Shown here: piece after piece, positions 50,355-63,773 of the stretch | Layout of the letters: every line of letters begins with the position of its first letter | Position numbering within the stretch: the stretch's first letter is position 1 | Origin: Podarcis filfolensis | Lineage: Eukaryota | NCBI GenBank assembly: GCA_964270895.1 | Contig: OZ185437.1 | Reading direction: 5' to 3' (one strand) | Length of the DNA: 64,000 bases | Position numbers and translations under genes: made by a program | Notes under the pieces: model-generated | What the model was told of the DNA's origin: nothing | The model's database searches: none | What the model saw: only the letters and a program-made list of their open reading frames with translations

Positions 50355-50447
50355 CGTTTTCTGTCTGCTTGGAGTACTCCTTCCCGATACTGGACTGAGG
50401 GATCCTGAAGTGTCCAGCTCATCAGCGGATGACCAGGAGGACAGATC
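50355..50447 (-). CDS. SYNE1: Nesprin-1 exon (93 nt)
   Basis: ccttag|DLSSWSSADELDTSGSLSPVSGRSTPSRQKT|gtaatg; phase 0 to 0. Confidence 0.96.
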
Positions 50448-51339
50448 CTAAGGTTCAGAATCAGTGGAGATTAGAAGGGGGAAAACACTATATATAAACT
50501 TGGTTCACAAAAAAGGACAAAAAATGCAGACCAACTGCTCGCAATTTGAAACGAAGTTGCTACAGGTTATGCAACACAATTTGTAAAGACAAGCATACAA
50601 GTATTCTACCTTGCCTTGGGCAGAGAACTGTTATTTCTGGCCAAGTCAAGCCCGAGAAAACAGTTGCTCTTTAATGTGTGTGGTGTTTTTTTTTAAAGTA
50701 ATAGGTGGTGTGTACACAATAAAAATTCCCACTTGAATTGCAGATTTTTTTTCCTACACAGAGATATACACTAGACAGACTGAAAACTCATCATATTATT
50801 TGTACACTGTGGTATATTTTATTAGTAAGGGGGAATAACAGAGGAACTACTTGCAATGGAAAGTATTCAAATCACCCTTTCAGTACTGAGGCAGGTGTAT
50901 AGTGTTTTTATACATTTGTCAGCTACAGGCTGGAAGTGTTGTAGCTATATTTTTAAAAAATATACAGTATTTTGCAAAAGATTGTCAGATTTGGATCGTA
51001 GCAGAGCAGCAAAATATACTTTTAACGAATACGTATTTGAGATGGAAAATACATTCTGTCCCCTATCAAAAAACAAAGGGCTGGTGTCATTTGCAGATGG
51101 ACCACTAATACATTGCATTGGCAACAATGCTTTTGCTTTTTAACTAACTGGATTCCCCCCAGAAACAGTAACTTCAGATTAAAGGGGTGTGTGTGATCTA
51201 AGCATTTTGATGCCAACAATGCCATGTGTGCACTGCAAAAAACTTGCATGAATGATGTCACAATAAACATCTGTCTGGAAGCAACCTAGCAGTGAACAGC
51301 CACGACGACTAGTAGATTTGCTGTGGCAGAATGACTTAC

Positions 51340-51552
51340 CAGCTGACTGCTTGAAACATCTAGGATTTTCTCCAGCTCCTTAATGTGATGTGAAACTTCT
51401 TTAAGGAGCATTTTGAGTCTGTTTCCAATCACATGGACCTTCTCTTTGGCTTCTAGACAATCCTTGCCTTCAGCATTGACTAGCAGTTGGCAGGACATGT
51501 CTTGAAGAGATGCCACCTTCAGCTGAGATTCTAGCAGTTCGCGCCTTATTTG
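51340..51552 (-). CDS. SYNE1: Nesprin-1 exon (213 nt, spectrin repeat)
   Basis: gacag|QIRRELLESQLKVASLQDMSCQLLVNAEGKDCLEAKEKVHVIGNRLKMLLKEVSHHIKELEKILDVSSSQL|gtaagt. Confidence 0.96.
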
Positions 51553-52017
51553 CTGTCAGGAAGGAGGGCAATCAGATGCAATTTGTTGCTCTGAATGAGT
51601 CAAAATGTAATTCAAATATTTTTTCTGATCTTAAAACTCAGGAACAGGGACCGATAAAGCTAAACTACCATACGCTTGCTGTTGCAAATAAAAAAGAGAT
51701 ATCCAGATTCAAAAGAGAGGATTAATGATTGGTATTTTATTCTAAAAGCATGTCTGAACTGCACACTATTTTGTAAGTTATGCATTTGCTATAAATATGT
51801 CATTATTTCAGGGTTCCCACTGCAAAGAAAAATGTTTTAAAAACAGATTGATGGCTTTCTATACCAAATCAAGAAGGTCTTAGCATTCCTGGTAGTCAAT
51901 ACCAGGAATATGCATTCTCAATTGGCACCAAAGGATCACAATATGTGTTCCAGAGACTAGTTTCCATGTTCTTTTTTAATCTCTGAATTATTGTTCCTTT
52001 AGAGAAAGGTACTGTAC

Positions 52018-52146
52018 CATTAGTAGCCTGTGATGATCCTGCAGAGTGTCTGAATCCAGATTTGGGTTGATAGGGACAATCTCATTTTTCCTCCTGTCAA
52101 TGTTCTCCAGCCACAGCAACAAACCGTGGCTCATCTCATGGAAATC
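52018..52146 (-). CDS. SYNE1: Nesprin-1 exon (129 nt)
   Basis: ttctag|DFHEMSHGLLLWLENIDRRKNEIVPINPNLDSDTLQDHHRLLM|gtacag; not in the supplied ORF track. Confidence 0.95.
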
Positions 52147-53014
52147 CTAGAAGTGATAGATGGAAGTTTAATGCCAAATGTGTTTTTTTGTGTTGCCCAG
52201 AACTCCAAAGATGCATTCAAATTTTACATTATCTGATCCTCCAAAAAATGAGTTGTGAGCATACATCCTTCTTCCCGTTCCCTGGCCCCACTTGACTTAA
52301 CAGAACATTTCTAGGTTTGTCAAATCACAATTTTTTGTGATGTCAGAACTGGCAAACTGGTTTGAGCGATCCCTGTAAACTTGAATTGAACCAGTTTGCA
52401 GTTCTGCTTTGGAGTGATTGCTCTGGTTCAGTAGTCACAACAAACCAGAGAGCATTGTATTAAGCAGGCATATGAGAGGGAAACAAAGCAATTCTGCGCA
52501 GCTTCATCTTCCAAACCACATTTGGATTGGCGAAAATTATGTATGAACAACATGTTAAGTGCAGTATGAAACATATGTAATGCTGTTCTGTGTAACAAGG
52601 CCTTGATGGCCTTGAGTATTTAATGCGCTGAACAGGAAGTAGCTACTAATATTACATCCTTGTTTGAATCCCTTTTCACAGGAACAAAATCCTACATATG
52701 GTATAAGGCCTGTCACCTTAACAATATGCCAAAAACATCAATATAGAAAATGTGCAAGGCAGTTTTCAGGAAGCAATTTAGGGAATGTGCAACAGATTTT
52801 ACCTAATGCACCAAAATCTTTTAATAATTAGGCTTCTGGGCTTCAAAAATACTTGCTTTTTATGCTCTTGTCTAAAATGTCTCTGTGATATATTCAAAGC
52901 AGGATATGATGGTGTGCACACATTAAAGTAACTCATTTAAGAAAATGAATGTAATTGGTGCAACATCTAATCCAAGAGTCGAAGGGGAATGATTTTGCAT
53001 AGACCAGAACAGAC

Positions 53015-53215
53015 CTGACATTGCATTAGAGCGTTCTGCAGTGAACAGCGCCATTCTTCTAGCATACTACAGACATGATCCCAGCGCATGTTCATCTGAG
53101 ACAACCGTTCCTGCAGTTTCTTGTTTTCCTCACTGTCAGACTGCATGAATTCTGAGCTGCAAAGGTTGATGGACAAAATGATGGCTTTGCGGTTATCAAC
53201 GGCCTTCTGTAGCTC
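53015..53215 (-). CDS. SYNE1: Nesprin-1 exon (201 nt)
   Basis: ccaag|ELQKAVDNRKAIILSINLCSSEFMQSDSEENKKLQERLSQMNMRWDHVCSMLEEWRCSLQNALMQCQ|gtctgt. Confidence 0.95.
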
Positions 53216-54995
53216 CTTGGGGAATGAAGAGAGACGGGAGTAAGCTTTTTTACAGGAAACATGCTCGAGAATTCAAGAAGAAACAAGTTCCACTATCTCT
53301 CTTAAAGTTTCATAACTTAAAAGACAGTTACTGTGTCTTTATTTTTAAGTGATACGTCTGGCTTCTGACTAGTAAGAACCCATTTTTATAAATGTCTCTG
53401 ATTTTATGTTTGCAGTAGAATTCAGAACAAACTAATAAAATATTTAAAGACCTAAAGCCTTATGGCATAGTTGAATTTGATGGGGATTGAAACCACAGGA
53501 GCTGGCTCTTTTTTCATACTCCAGACTGTACACATAACCTACTTTCAGACTGTTGCTATTTTTGGAGTGTGGGGGATTCAATTACACACTGGCAAATCCA
53601 GATCTCACAATTATAGTGGATTCGGAGGTCTTGTGCAAGAAATCTGCTTCCCCCAAAAAATGACTTTTTGAGGGAAGTGAATGGAAATTGCACTGGAATG
53701 TGTGGGATAGTAGTAGTTTTGATGCAATGTCATCTAGTCTCTCATCAAACAAATGAGGATGAATGCTCATTAAATAGACATCATCTAGCTTTCCCTTAAA
53801 CAAATGAGGATCAATGCTCAATAAGCACATCATCTGGAAGCAAGTATTTAAATACTTTGGGAGGAATTCAATGTTGTGCTATGGCAATTGTTCCACCAGC
53901 ATAAACATTTCTGTTTACTATGTGGAATGATTCCCCTCCCCACACTGTTCTGGAGGCTCTCCCGATTCCCCCAAATGAGTTTGGGGGTGTGGGGATTGAG
54001 AAGGGGGAAAGCCCAACTGTAGTAGTGGAAGTCAATGTGGGCTAGCTAGTGGGAGTTGTTAGCTGAATCTGCCCCATACAGACACAAACTTCAAAAAAGA
54101 AAAAAAAAGCGTGAATATTGTACCTCACAATGTCAAAAAGCTTAGACAGATAGTGGGCTGTGTCCTGGACTAGTCTAATTTAGAACAAGCCTCTGAATTT
54201 CGCATCAAAGAGGGAATTACCTTTCTCTAGAGCAAATGAATTGGTGTCATCATTTGGCTTAGCTGAAGTACTGCAGCCTTAGTTTATGAGGCTTTAATTC
54301 AGGCCCAAAGGAAATATTAATGCCACATTCATGTAAGGAAATTGTCCTCTGGATCTTCTGGAAACAGCTATGGGCCCACCCAGATGAAGTATCCCATACA
54401 CACATCAAGATACACTGTTAAACCCACTCATGCCTAGAGTGTAGGCATTAGTCCCTGTCTGACTATAGGACAAATTCCAAAAGAAAAAAATAATATTAAC
54501 CAAAAGGAAGTCTGATGTTGACCATACTGTGCACTGGTAAACAAGCAGAGTTCTTTGCTTGGTTTTCTCAAAATGCCACAGATTTAGCTGATCTGAGTTG
54601 GCAGCCTGATGCCTTCACTACATTATAGTGCTCTTTGTAAAGAATGTCTGGTTGCCCTCCCCTTGGCTTGCCTCTTAAGAGCAAAATCTTCTGCCAACCA
54701 TTTTAACCATCTGCCACCATGAGTGTCTTTGGAGGAAGATGTAGGATATGAAGAGAAGGAATGAATAAATAATAAAATGAATATAAACACTGGCATACTG
54801 TGTAACGTAAAGAAGAAGAAGAAAACTCCAATGAAATTGACTATCATGGTCTTTCATTTCCAGTCCTTTAGTATATGAAGGAATGCAGGGTCCAGAAATT
54901 GGCAGTGCTTTTTCAATAGGAGCTGAAATGGCACCTCACAAAAATAAAGCATATTAGAAAATCAACAGAAAAGAGGACCAGGAATTAGAACCTAC

Positions 54996-55207
54996 TTTCA
55001 GTTTTTTAATCCGTAGCTCAATGGTTTGTATATCCGTGCTGAGATCAAGGCAGCACAGTTGTTCCAACTCTTCTTCAGTTTCTCCAAGCCAAACCCAGAT
55101 GCTGTTTAGGTCAGAACTAAATTGCTGCCATTGCTGAAGATTCTGTTTCATCCTCAGTTCTTTACTTAAGGCCTGGGCCTGGATTAACTCCCACCGATCA
55201 ATCACAC
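54996..55207 (-). CDS. SYNE1: Nesprin-1 exon (212 nt)
   Basis: ctttag|(G)VIDRWELIQAQALSKELRMKQNLQQWQQFSSDLNSIWVWLGETEEELEQL...IELRIKKLK|gtaggt. Confidence 0.96.
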
Positions 55208-56990
55208 CTAAAGGGAAAAAAGATCTCTCTGTAAGAGCAACTTCCTTCCTGACTCCCCTCCCCCGCCCCCCAATATTCCATCACACGTTAGCATGATCAA
55301 GAAACAGAATCTAGGGTGAAGGTGTGCAGACAAAGGCAAGTTAAATTCTGGGGTGACCAGGGACCCTTAGGTTCCATGCCAATAGTAACACCTGAGGACA
55401 CTCATATAAGTGAATGCCTGCCATCCAGTCTTAGAATGAAAAGTAATGCACTGATCTTGGGGACTGCCTGGACCAGATACCACTGACAGGGGCATCATGG
55501 GGGAAGGAATGTGTACAGAGCTCACAGAGAGACATTCAGAGTCCCTTCTAGTTAAGGCTGAGCAAGGTTCTGGTGGTACTGATGGTGCAGAAGTTTTCTG
55601 AAAGCCTAACTTTGGCCTAACTTAGTTGCTGTGTGTTTTGAAATCCTCATGGCTATTTATTTTCTCCCTAGATTTAATAATCTGAGGGCAGGAAGCAGGA
55701 ATGCCAGCTTGGCCCCACAACCCTGGGTGCCTGGGGCCGTGGGTTCCACATAGTGCGCATGGCCCTGGCACTGAAATTTGTGAGTGCCCAGCCCCTTCAT
55801 GAGGAATTTTGTGGGTGCCCGGGCACCCAGGGAGTTGGCACCTATGGCAGGAAGCATTTCCCTCACTCTGAAATTGCTTCAGAAATATGGCACACATCGA
55901 TACATACTGCACCCATTATAGTGGACATTTTGTTAGGAAACATATAGATTCTGTATTTTTCTATACTCTGTTAATTCGTAAAGTAATAGCCCAAACAAGA
56001 CAATTCTCACAGAAGGAGTTGTGCTGATTAATTTACCACAGCATCCAAAAACTGCACTAATCATTATCATGACATGCTAAATTAACTAATGAAAGGGATG
56101 AATACTATGCTGTTTTCATTAAGGGCTATAACGAAGCTTCACACAAGCAAATCAGTCTGAGAATTTCCCACCAGATTCAATTAACTGTGACACTCACTCC
56201 CCTGGCTCCATCATTACAAAAAGTTCCAGATTCCAAGGCAAAATCTTCAAACAAGAACAAAAACCCATTTCTAATTTCAGTTTGAGATGCATGCTCATTT
56301 TTAATTGCATGATTGCTGTGACAGAAATTGATACAGCCTTCCTCTCATCTTGGTTACCGCTACTTACCTAGACCTCCAGTACACTTCAAGCCTTATATTG
56401 GATCAGTCTATGTCAATTTGTATTAAATATGGAGCTTTGCTCTCTTCATCCATAACCTAAAAACCACATCCCCAATAAGCATTACAGTAAGCCTGCAACT
56501 TATGTGGGGGTTATATTCATGCCTAAAGTGAAAATCATGTATAGTGAAAACCGGTGCTTTTTTTCTCTGGCGGTACTCAAAGGCACACAGTACCTTTTCT
56601 TCTAGAAGAAAGACATTTACTGTAATAACTTCGTGCTGAGTACCAGGACCTATTTTTCTAGAAGAAAAGCACTGGGACTCAAAACCCATTAGAGCTGAAT
56701 GGCTGGTGGGATTGCCAAAGTCATTGTTCTCAGAACCCTGCCCCCTTTCTGCCCATTACTTGTTTGTTTGTTTGTTTTGCCATGCACATGAAGCTGAAGG
56801 TGCACAAGTAAAATGCGTGTAAGTTGCGGGGTTACTGTATTCCAGTTTGTTCACAAATTCAGTTTCAGTTAGCTCACTTCCATCCACTGCCTCAACATAA
56901 GCCAAGACGGAAGCAGCACCAAGATTCTGAGATATACTATTAAAAAATAATAATCTATAACAACATTTAACATTTGCTGGGAACATATAT

Positions 56991-57515
56991 TACCGTATTT
57001 TTCGCTCGATAACACGCACCTGACCATAACACGCACATCGTTTTTAGAGGAGGAAAACAAGGGAAAAAACATTCTGAATGAAACAGTGGATGTATCATTT
57101 TTGTGCTTCATGCTGTGGCCACAGACATGTGATCTGATGGTGAATTTGGGGTGACCCAATGCAAAAATCCTGAGAATCCCTGTGGATCCATGCTTTGTAA
57201 CCACGTTTTTGCACCATTGCAGCCCCAGGCAACAGTGCGTGTGTGATTTTTGGGGGGCAGGCTGTAGCCATGGACATGCTATGTGATCTGATGGTGAATT
57301 TGGGGTGACCCAATGCAAAGATCCTGAGGATCCATGTGGATCCATGCTTTTTAACCACATTTTAAGTGGGGAAGGAAGGAAAAATACAGAATGGACAAGG
57401 AGCACGAGAGGGGTGTGCAGAGAAGCAGCTGGCTAAGAATGCAGGAGAGGGGTATAACGGGAGGGAGGAAAGGAAGGCAAAAGTTTTCCCTCACCTACCC
57501 ACCCAAGCCAGCCAG

Positions 57516-57546
<31 letters not shown>

Positions 57547-57887
57547 CCCCCTGCATGTTTTCAGCAGCACCGGAGCACAGAGACGACACTCTGCTTTCCC
57601 CTCTGCTTGCCTGGAGGGGAGGGGCTTTCCCTGCTCTTTGTTCCGTTTGAGCAAACACAGCAAAGAAACAGAGGAGGGTGGGCAGTAAGACCCTGAGGCA
57701 GAATGCAGGAAAGCAGCCACTTCCTCTTTTCAGGTTTCCCTTCTCCGAGACGCGCGATTTGATTTTTGCCTGATTTTTTTTGCCATTTGGCTCCAGGGAC
57801 CACACATTCGCTCAATAATACGCACAGACATTTCCCCTTCCTTTTTAGGAGAAAAAATCTGCGTGTTATAGAGGGAAAAATACGGTA
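56991..57887. mobile_element. ~0.9 kb non-autonomous Tc1/mariner-superfamily element
   Basis: 28-bp TIRs including TA, 2 mismatches (TACCGTATTTTTCGCTCGATAACACGCA); internal ~85-bp direct duplication (about 57128-57210 and 57282-57365); same TIR type as 3614-3866. Confidence 0.88.
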
Positions 57888-58542
57888 ACTAGGTGCCATA
57901 CAGGAAAAATAGCAGTGCAAGCAGAAAGCCTCACTGACCTCAGTGGGACTTACTCCCTAGCTAAGTGTGCCTAGAGGAGTCTATCCTAAGAGCTTCAAGG
58001 AAAATACTTGATTAAAACTAGAGCTAAGAAAACTCAGGCACTTCCAAATTCTTATAAAGACCCATAAAATCATTTCGTACAATTCATTAAATTTAAAATA
58101 GACAGTGTGTCACCCTGATACAAGTCTTAAAATAAAATCATTAGGAAATTATTCGCATCAGCCTCTCTCTCGCTCAGAATGAGTGGAACAACTTAAACCA
58201 CTTCCATAAATACTGTCTCAAGAATGGACTTACAAATGGATAAGAGCCCCAGAAAACTGTTGTCATCCTGATGTACCAATGATAATGTGTGTCCCATGAT
58301 CAAACAGTGAACAAGAGATTCCAAAAGATTGTGCAATCCCTTGCTAATCTCTTGGTAAAGACCATTAACCAAAGCTGCCACTGCAGTCTCAGTGCTGCTC
58401 CAAAATCAGATTGTAAAGAATAATAAAAAAACAGCTGTCACCCAGATGTGCAAGCAGTACGATGTGCTTCCATGGTTCAATGCTGCATGTAATTAACACT
58501 TGTTTTCCTCACATTGCAAGTTCAGTTCTGAATATTACTTAC

Positions 58543-58669
58543 CGGCTGTTTGTGTCTCCGTGCTGTTCAGGTTAATAAATCCAGACAGCTTTTCCTCTTC
58601 CTCCTTCAGTTTGTGCTCAAGTCTTCTTACTGAATCTATGCTCCCACTGCATTCGCCCAGAAGCTTCAT
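58543..58669 (-). CDS. SYNE1: Nesprin-1 exon (127 nt)
   Basis: aaacag|MKLLGECSGSIDSVRRLEHKLKEEEEKLSGFINLNSTETQTA(G)|gtaagt. Confidence 0.96.
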
Positions 58670-59250
58670 CTGTTTGTAAGAGAGAGAAACCACTTCTCAT
58701 TATTCATGACCATGCTGGAGAAACAACAGAACTAAGAGCAAAATCCTAGGAAGTAAGTCCTATTGAGTTCAATGGGGCTTACAGTCAGGTAAGTATACAT
58801 GGGATTACATCTTAAGATTCTAACTACAAAACAATTTGCATCCTAGTTCTTAGTCATTCCATGATGTGATAGATAGAACTCCACTGTCTTAATGGTTTGA
58901 AAACTTTGTATGGCTATCACCTTGTTTTTAATGGCAATTAAACACAAGAGAGAGAGAGATTATGGGTTTTTGCTATTGTTTTTGTTTTTGCTATTGCTGA
59001 AATTTCAGATATTTAACTAAGAAACTAATGCAGAGTATAAAGATGAAGGAGCTAAAACTGAGATCAGAGTTTGCTTTTAACAGGCACTTCAGGAATCACT
59101 GTTAATGTTTTATTTAGTGAGATGTGAGTTGTTGCTGGGCAAGCACTAAATCTATAGTAATTCACCAGATTGGGATCTAAAAACCCTTGGACAAAACCCC
59201 ACTTAAGATGTACATCCAGTGCAATTTTAAAAAAAAGTTTTTCCACTTAA

Positions 59251-59320
59251 CAGCATTGCAAAGGGTTGGACTAGATGGCTCTCATGGTCTCTTCCAACAC
59301 CACAATTCTAGGATTCTATG
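59251..59320 (+). mobile_element. CR1 3' terminus
   Basis: gcattgcaaagggttggactagatggc..ttccaacaccacaattctaggattctatg. Confidence 0.78.
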
Positions 59321-60483
59321 CATCACAAACTGCTTTTGAGAGATCAGTTTCAAAAGAGGTTTTCTGTTGTGACATGGTGGTGGTGGCAGCTGTCCAAGAG
59401 TCCCCTGCACAAGCAGAACTAGTTGTATGGCTCACTGTATCCTTGCCCACCTGTCCAGATCACAGTTCACCATGTCACACAAATCTTCAAAATGTTGCTG
59501 TGTGTGATTTATTAAGTTATTGCTTTTTTCAAAAGTTACAAGTTCTATTATTCCCTGCCTGTGTCTGCTTTCCATTGCAGCTCCTGACCGCTGGAATGCT
59601 CTTCCTCCTGTCATTTTGGCGTTCAAGAAATCTGAGGATGAATCTCTTCACTCCCAGGTCCTTTCCCTTCTCTCTCCCCCCCCCCCAGTATTATCCTGTT
59701 TTTAATTATTTTTCAAGCCTTTCTTGTCTTTGTATGGATTTAGCTTTAGGTGCTGTGTGAATAATAATAACTTTTGGAAACACTTAAAATGTGTGGCACA
59801 CATGTACCCCCCCCCCCAAAAAAAAACAGAAGGAAAAAAGCTTCAGGAGAACTCCACAAATAGCCCCATCATAGCACAGAATGCTGAGAGACTGAGAGGG
59901 TGTGGGGGAAACCCTGAGATAGAGAAACAGAACAGAGTGGTTGAAAAGGAGGAAAGACGAAATGTATATGGAAGAAACAACACCATCATTGTCTGGGTAG
60001 ATGACTTCCTGGTTTACACTAAGAAGTTATTTTTCAGTGTCTCTAGGGAGGGAAGAAAAAGTTGCCCAATGATATCAGTGTAGAACCGAAAACATTTAAT
60101 GCACCTAAACCAGGTGCGAGTGAGTTCAAACTCTAAAGACAAGAAAGAACTCATGCCAGTTCTCAGTTTTTATTCAGTGTGAGACATTTAAGAAACAACC
60201 CTGGTAAGGAAAATTCCAAAACAAAGCAGTTCACTGTCCCTAAATTGTTAGCTTAAAGTAGCTATTCCTGGAAAAGAGTGACTTATAACAGCCCAGAAGT
60301 GTATCTCTCACACTGTGAGCCAGACTCTAGGTGATTTACTGTGTTGTCCAGAGGTATTAAATCCATATTGCAAGCTGGGCTGAAGCTGAAAGTAGGTTAC
60401 AACAATTCTGCAGTGTTTTCTATTGCTTTCTCCGCCCCCCCCCGCCCAAATTCAGATTGGGCTGACAAAAATCCCACAGTACA

Positions 60484-62641
60484 GACTTCCGGGTTGGCGC
60501 CTCCGGTAATGGCGGAATTCCTCTGATCGGGAGCAATTTGACTCATGGAAATTCGGGTCTGGCCGCCACGGTGAAGGCGGAGACCCACTAAAAATCACAG
60601 GCGGGTGAAGCCTGTGAACGTGGGATTCGGCTGGCACCTTTTGCGCCTCCCCTACTTGCGGGGAAACCCGGTTTCGGAGATCCAGAGCGACATGGGGTGA
60701 GCAGCGCAGTGATTCGAATTGATTGCTTCTTCCACGGAGCGAAGCCGCATAGCTGTTGCCGGAGAGCGCTGACTTTTTCCTGTGGACAGTTTGATCTTAA
60801 AGCAACTATCCGTGAGAAGAGCGGAGAATTGGATTTTTAAACGTCTTAATTTGGTGTCGAAAAGGGGAGGTCCAAAACAGGAAGTCCACCTTCCCCTTTT
60901 GTAAACAGATTGAAGCAATGAGGATGCAAGCTGAAGTCGCAGAAAGTCTATTGTAAAGGACTAAATTTCCATCGGTAAAAAATACTAAACCTCCCTTGGT
61001 GGCAGGAGAAGAGGGGGGAAAGGTTTGGACTGAATATACCTGCAGGAGAGTGCGAACAGATTTAAAATACCACCGCTCCGATCCTGGAAACGGGCTGCCA
61101 GCAGGACTGACGTGTTTTAGAATGCTCATTGACCGTGATTAGAACGTTCACTGACAGCTAGTTAAATAAGAGAAATACATTGTTTCCATTGTCTCCATCT
61201 GCGTTTAAAAAGGAGTAAAAGTAACTGAAAATTGAAACTAATTTTATTGTTTGAACTGTGTCTAAAAGGACCAATACAAATAGAAACTGTTTCCCTCTAG
61301 AGGAAGCCTTTGAAACTGTTACAAGAGCTGAGCTGGGGGAATTTCCAGCTGCAAGATAAAAAGCTGTGAGACTCTGGGACTGACCTTGAATCGGTTAAGA
61401 ATGTCAACAGAAGAGGCCTTAGCGGCTGCATTAAGTAAGATAAATGACTCACTGGAACAGCTTAACAAGAAGGTGGATGTGGTAACTACCAAAATCGATA
61501 ATTTGGGACAAAAAGTGAACATCAATACAGAAACTGATACAGGAATCTGCTTTGACATGGCAAACTGCAGAGAAGGCTAGGGAGAAAGTTGTTGTCGTTG
61601 AACCTAAAGTAACACAACTGGAGAGAGAGAGAGTCCCAGCCTTACAGATGCAACTTGATGATCATAAGTTGATGCCTTCTATGATTGAATTTAAAGAAAA
61701 TCAGATTTCGAGGATCAGAGCTCTACCTGAACTGGAGAAGGAAGGTTTGATAGATCCCCTTACACAGGAATTTGCTGATTTTTGGGACCTGGACTTGGGT
61801 CAAGAAGAGATTAAAATTGTGAGGGCCTTCAGACTTGGAGAAATTTTGAAAGACGTCCCGAAATATCTTCTGGATCTTAGTTTTAACTACGGAGATTTGG
61901 TTGCCCTGTCGAGAAGGAATAAAATCATCTCTAGGTGGGAGTTTCCCTGAGATCTACTCTTCAGTCTCAAAGGAAGGAAAATAAAAATAAGATCAGTAGA
62001 AGACAAAGTAAAGTGCATGTATAAATACGAAGAAGACTTGCAGAAGGGACTTGGAAAAGACTTAAGAGCCTCGGACAGAAGATTACCAGGTTGATGGACT
62101 ATATGGAATTGGCGGAAATGACTGGCAGAATCCGAGACCAGGGAGAAGAGACGGTGGAAGAAGATTGGAAAAAGTTTAAAGACTATTTATGGAAATATTG
62201 TAAAATTAATAAGTGTTAGAAAAATGTTGGAATGAAGCTATACGGCTTTAATAGAAATGTTAGAAGGAATTAAGTACAAGTAGATTATTGGAGTATTAAA
62301 GGGAAAATAAGGTTAAAATATGTTAAGACAACTATATGACAGAAAATAGAGGAAGATGGAAAGGAATTGCTGAAACAATTAATAGAAGTGGAATACAAAA
62401 AGGGAGGTGTGAGGAGGTCGTTGAAACAAGTGAATGTAAGATATGAGATTGAAATGGTATGATGTGTGTTTTAAATTGTTTTTGCTTTGTTTTGTTTAGT
62501 CTACTGTGTTAGTGTCGTGTTGTGTATTGTTTATACATTGTATTGTATTGTTTTTTCTTTTTTTATCTTTCCCCCCCCTTTCCTTCTTTCTTTTTTGTAA
62601 TCTTTAAAAGTAATAAATATTATATATATATTTTTTAAAAA
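60484..62641 (+). mobile_element. Internally deleted L1 derivative (2158 bp), antisense within a SYNE1 intron
   Basis: 20-bp TSD GACAAAAATCCCACAGTACA (60464-60483, 62642-62661); 5'UTR homologous to the L1 at 15914; broken ORF1 (about 61400-62090); last 42 codons of ORF2 (62091-62219); 3'UTR with AATAAA. Confidence 0.93.
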
Positions 62642-62850
62642 GACAAAAATCCCACAGTACAATTCATTTTTATATCTATTGCAAGTAGAAGTGATAGGCT
62701 GGCAGAGTGGTTTTCCTGTGGTGTAGCACATTGCTAATATTGCAATCCAGAGGTGGGATTACTTAAATTTACTCAGTCCAAATCAACCACTTAATTGCTA
62801 GGTAAAACCTCATGCTCCATTGACTTGCATGCACAGTGGCTGCTGTTAAG

Positions 62851-63123
62851 TGTAGTGTAGTGTAGTGTAGTGTAGTGTAGTGTAGTGTGTAGTGTAGTGG
62901 TTAAGAGCGGTAGACTCGTAATCTGGTGAACTGGGTTCGCTTCCCTGCTCCTCCACATGCAGCTGCTGGGTGACCTTGGGCTAGTCACACTTCTCTGAAG
63001 TCTCTCAGCCTCACTCACCTCACATAGTGTTTGTTGTGGGGGAGGAAGGGAAAGGAGAATGTTAGCAGCTTTGAGACTCCTTCGGGTAGTGATAAAGCGG
63101 GATGTCAAATCCAAACTCTCTCT
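62851..63123 (+). mobile_element. Squam3-like tRNA-derived SINE with a (TGTAG)n expansion at its 5' end
   Basis: gtgtagtggttaagagcggtagactcgtaatctggtgaactgggttcgcttccc...gatgtcaaatccaaactctct; (TGTAG)7 at 62851-62885. Confidence 0.88.
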
Positions 63124-63323
63124 AATGTGCAACAACTAAAAGGAATAATAAATTTTGCATTTGATGGAAGGAACTCTATATCTGATGCTAACTTTACCCC
63201 CCCCAAACCCTCTCAGCAACTGGCTCAGGTAAGACACACACACTACGAATAGCAACAATACGAATAGCAATGAATAGCAATTTTATGTCCAGCCACCAGG
63301 AGGGCTAAGCTCACAGTACTTAC

Positions 63324-63466
63324 ATAGCCTTTGTAGCTAGAATCTAGTTCCGGCCCTGTTGGTGTTTTACTGCGGATTATGTTCTCTGTTTGCTGTATTT
63401 GGAAACGGCTGGTGTCTAAGGCCTTGTCAAGCTGTCGGATGTGCGTTTCTAAGGAACATGGTTCTC
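63324..63466 (-). CDS. SYNE1: Nesprin-1 exon (143 nt)
   Basis: tctacag|(G)EPCSLETHIRQLDKALDTSRFQIQQTENIIRSKTPTGPELDSSYKGY|gtaagt; not in the supplied ORF track. Confidence 0.95.
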
Positions 63467-63773
63467 CTGTAGAAAATATAGACAGATAGATGTTACCAAA
63501 CTGAAATGTCTCAGTGAGTAGGAGAAAACACTGAAGGTGGTGCTACTAGGTTTGAAAGCATGACAAAGAGTTAATTACAATAGCATGCAGATGACAATTA
63601 GATTTGTAACTATTATACAAACATATCTGCAACTATGTTGGTTAGTGTGTGTACTGAGAAATGAATAATTTTTAAGCAGGACATATCAGGAAAATTCAAT
63701 TCCCCAAAACAATTCTAGAAGACTAAGCACTCTGCACTCGTTTCATTGTATCCTCAGACATTTTGCAGTACTG

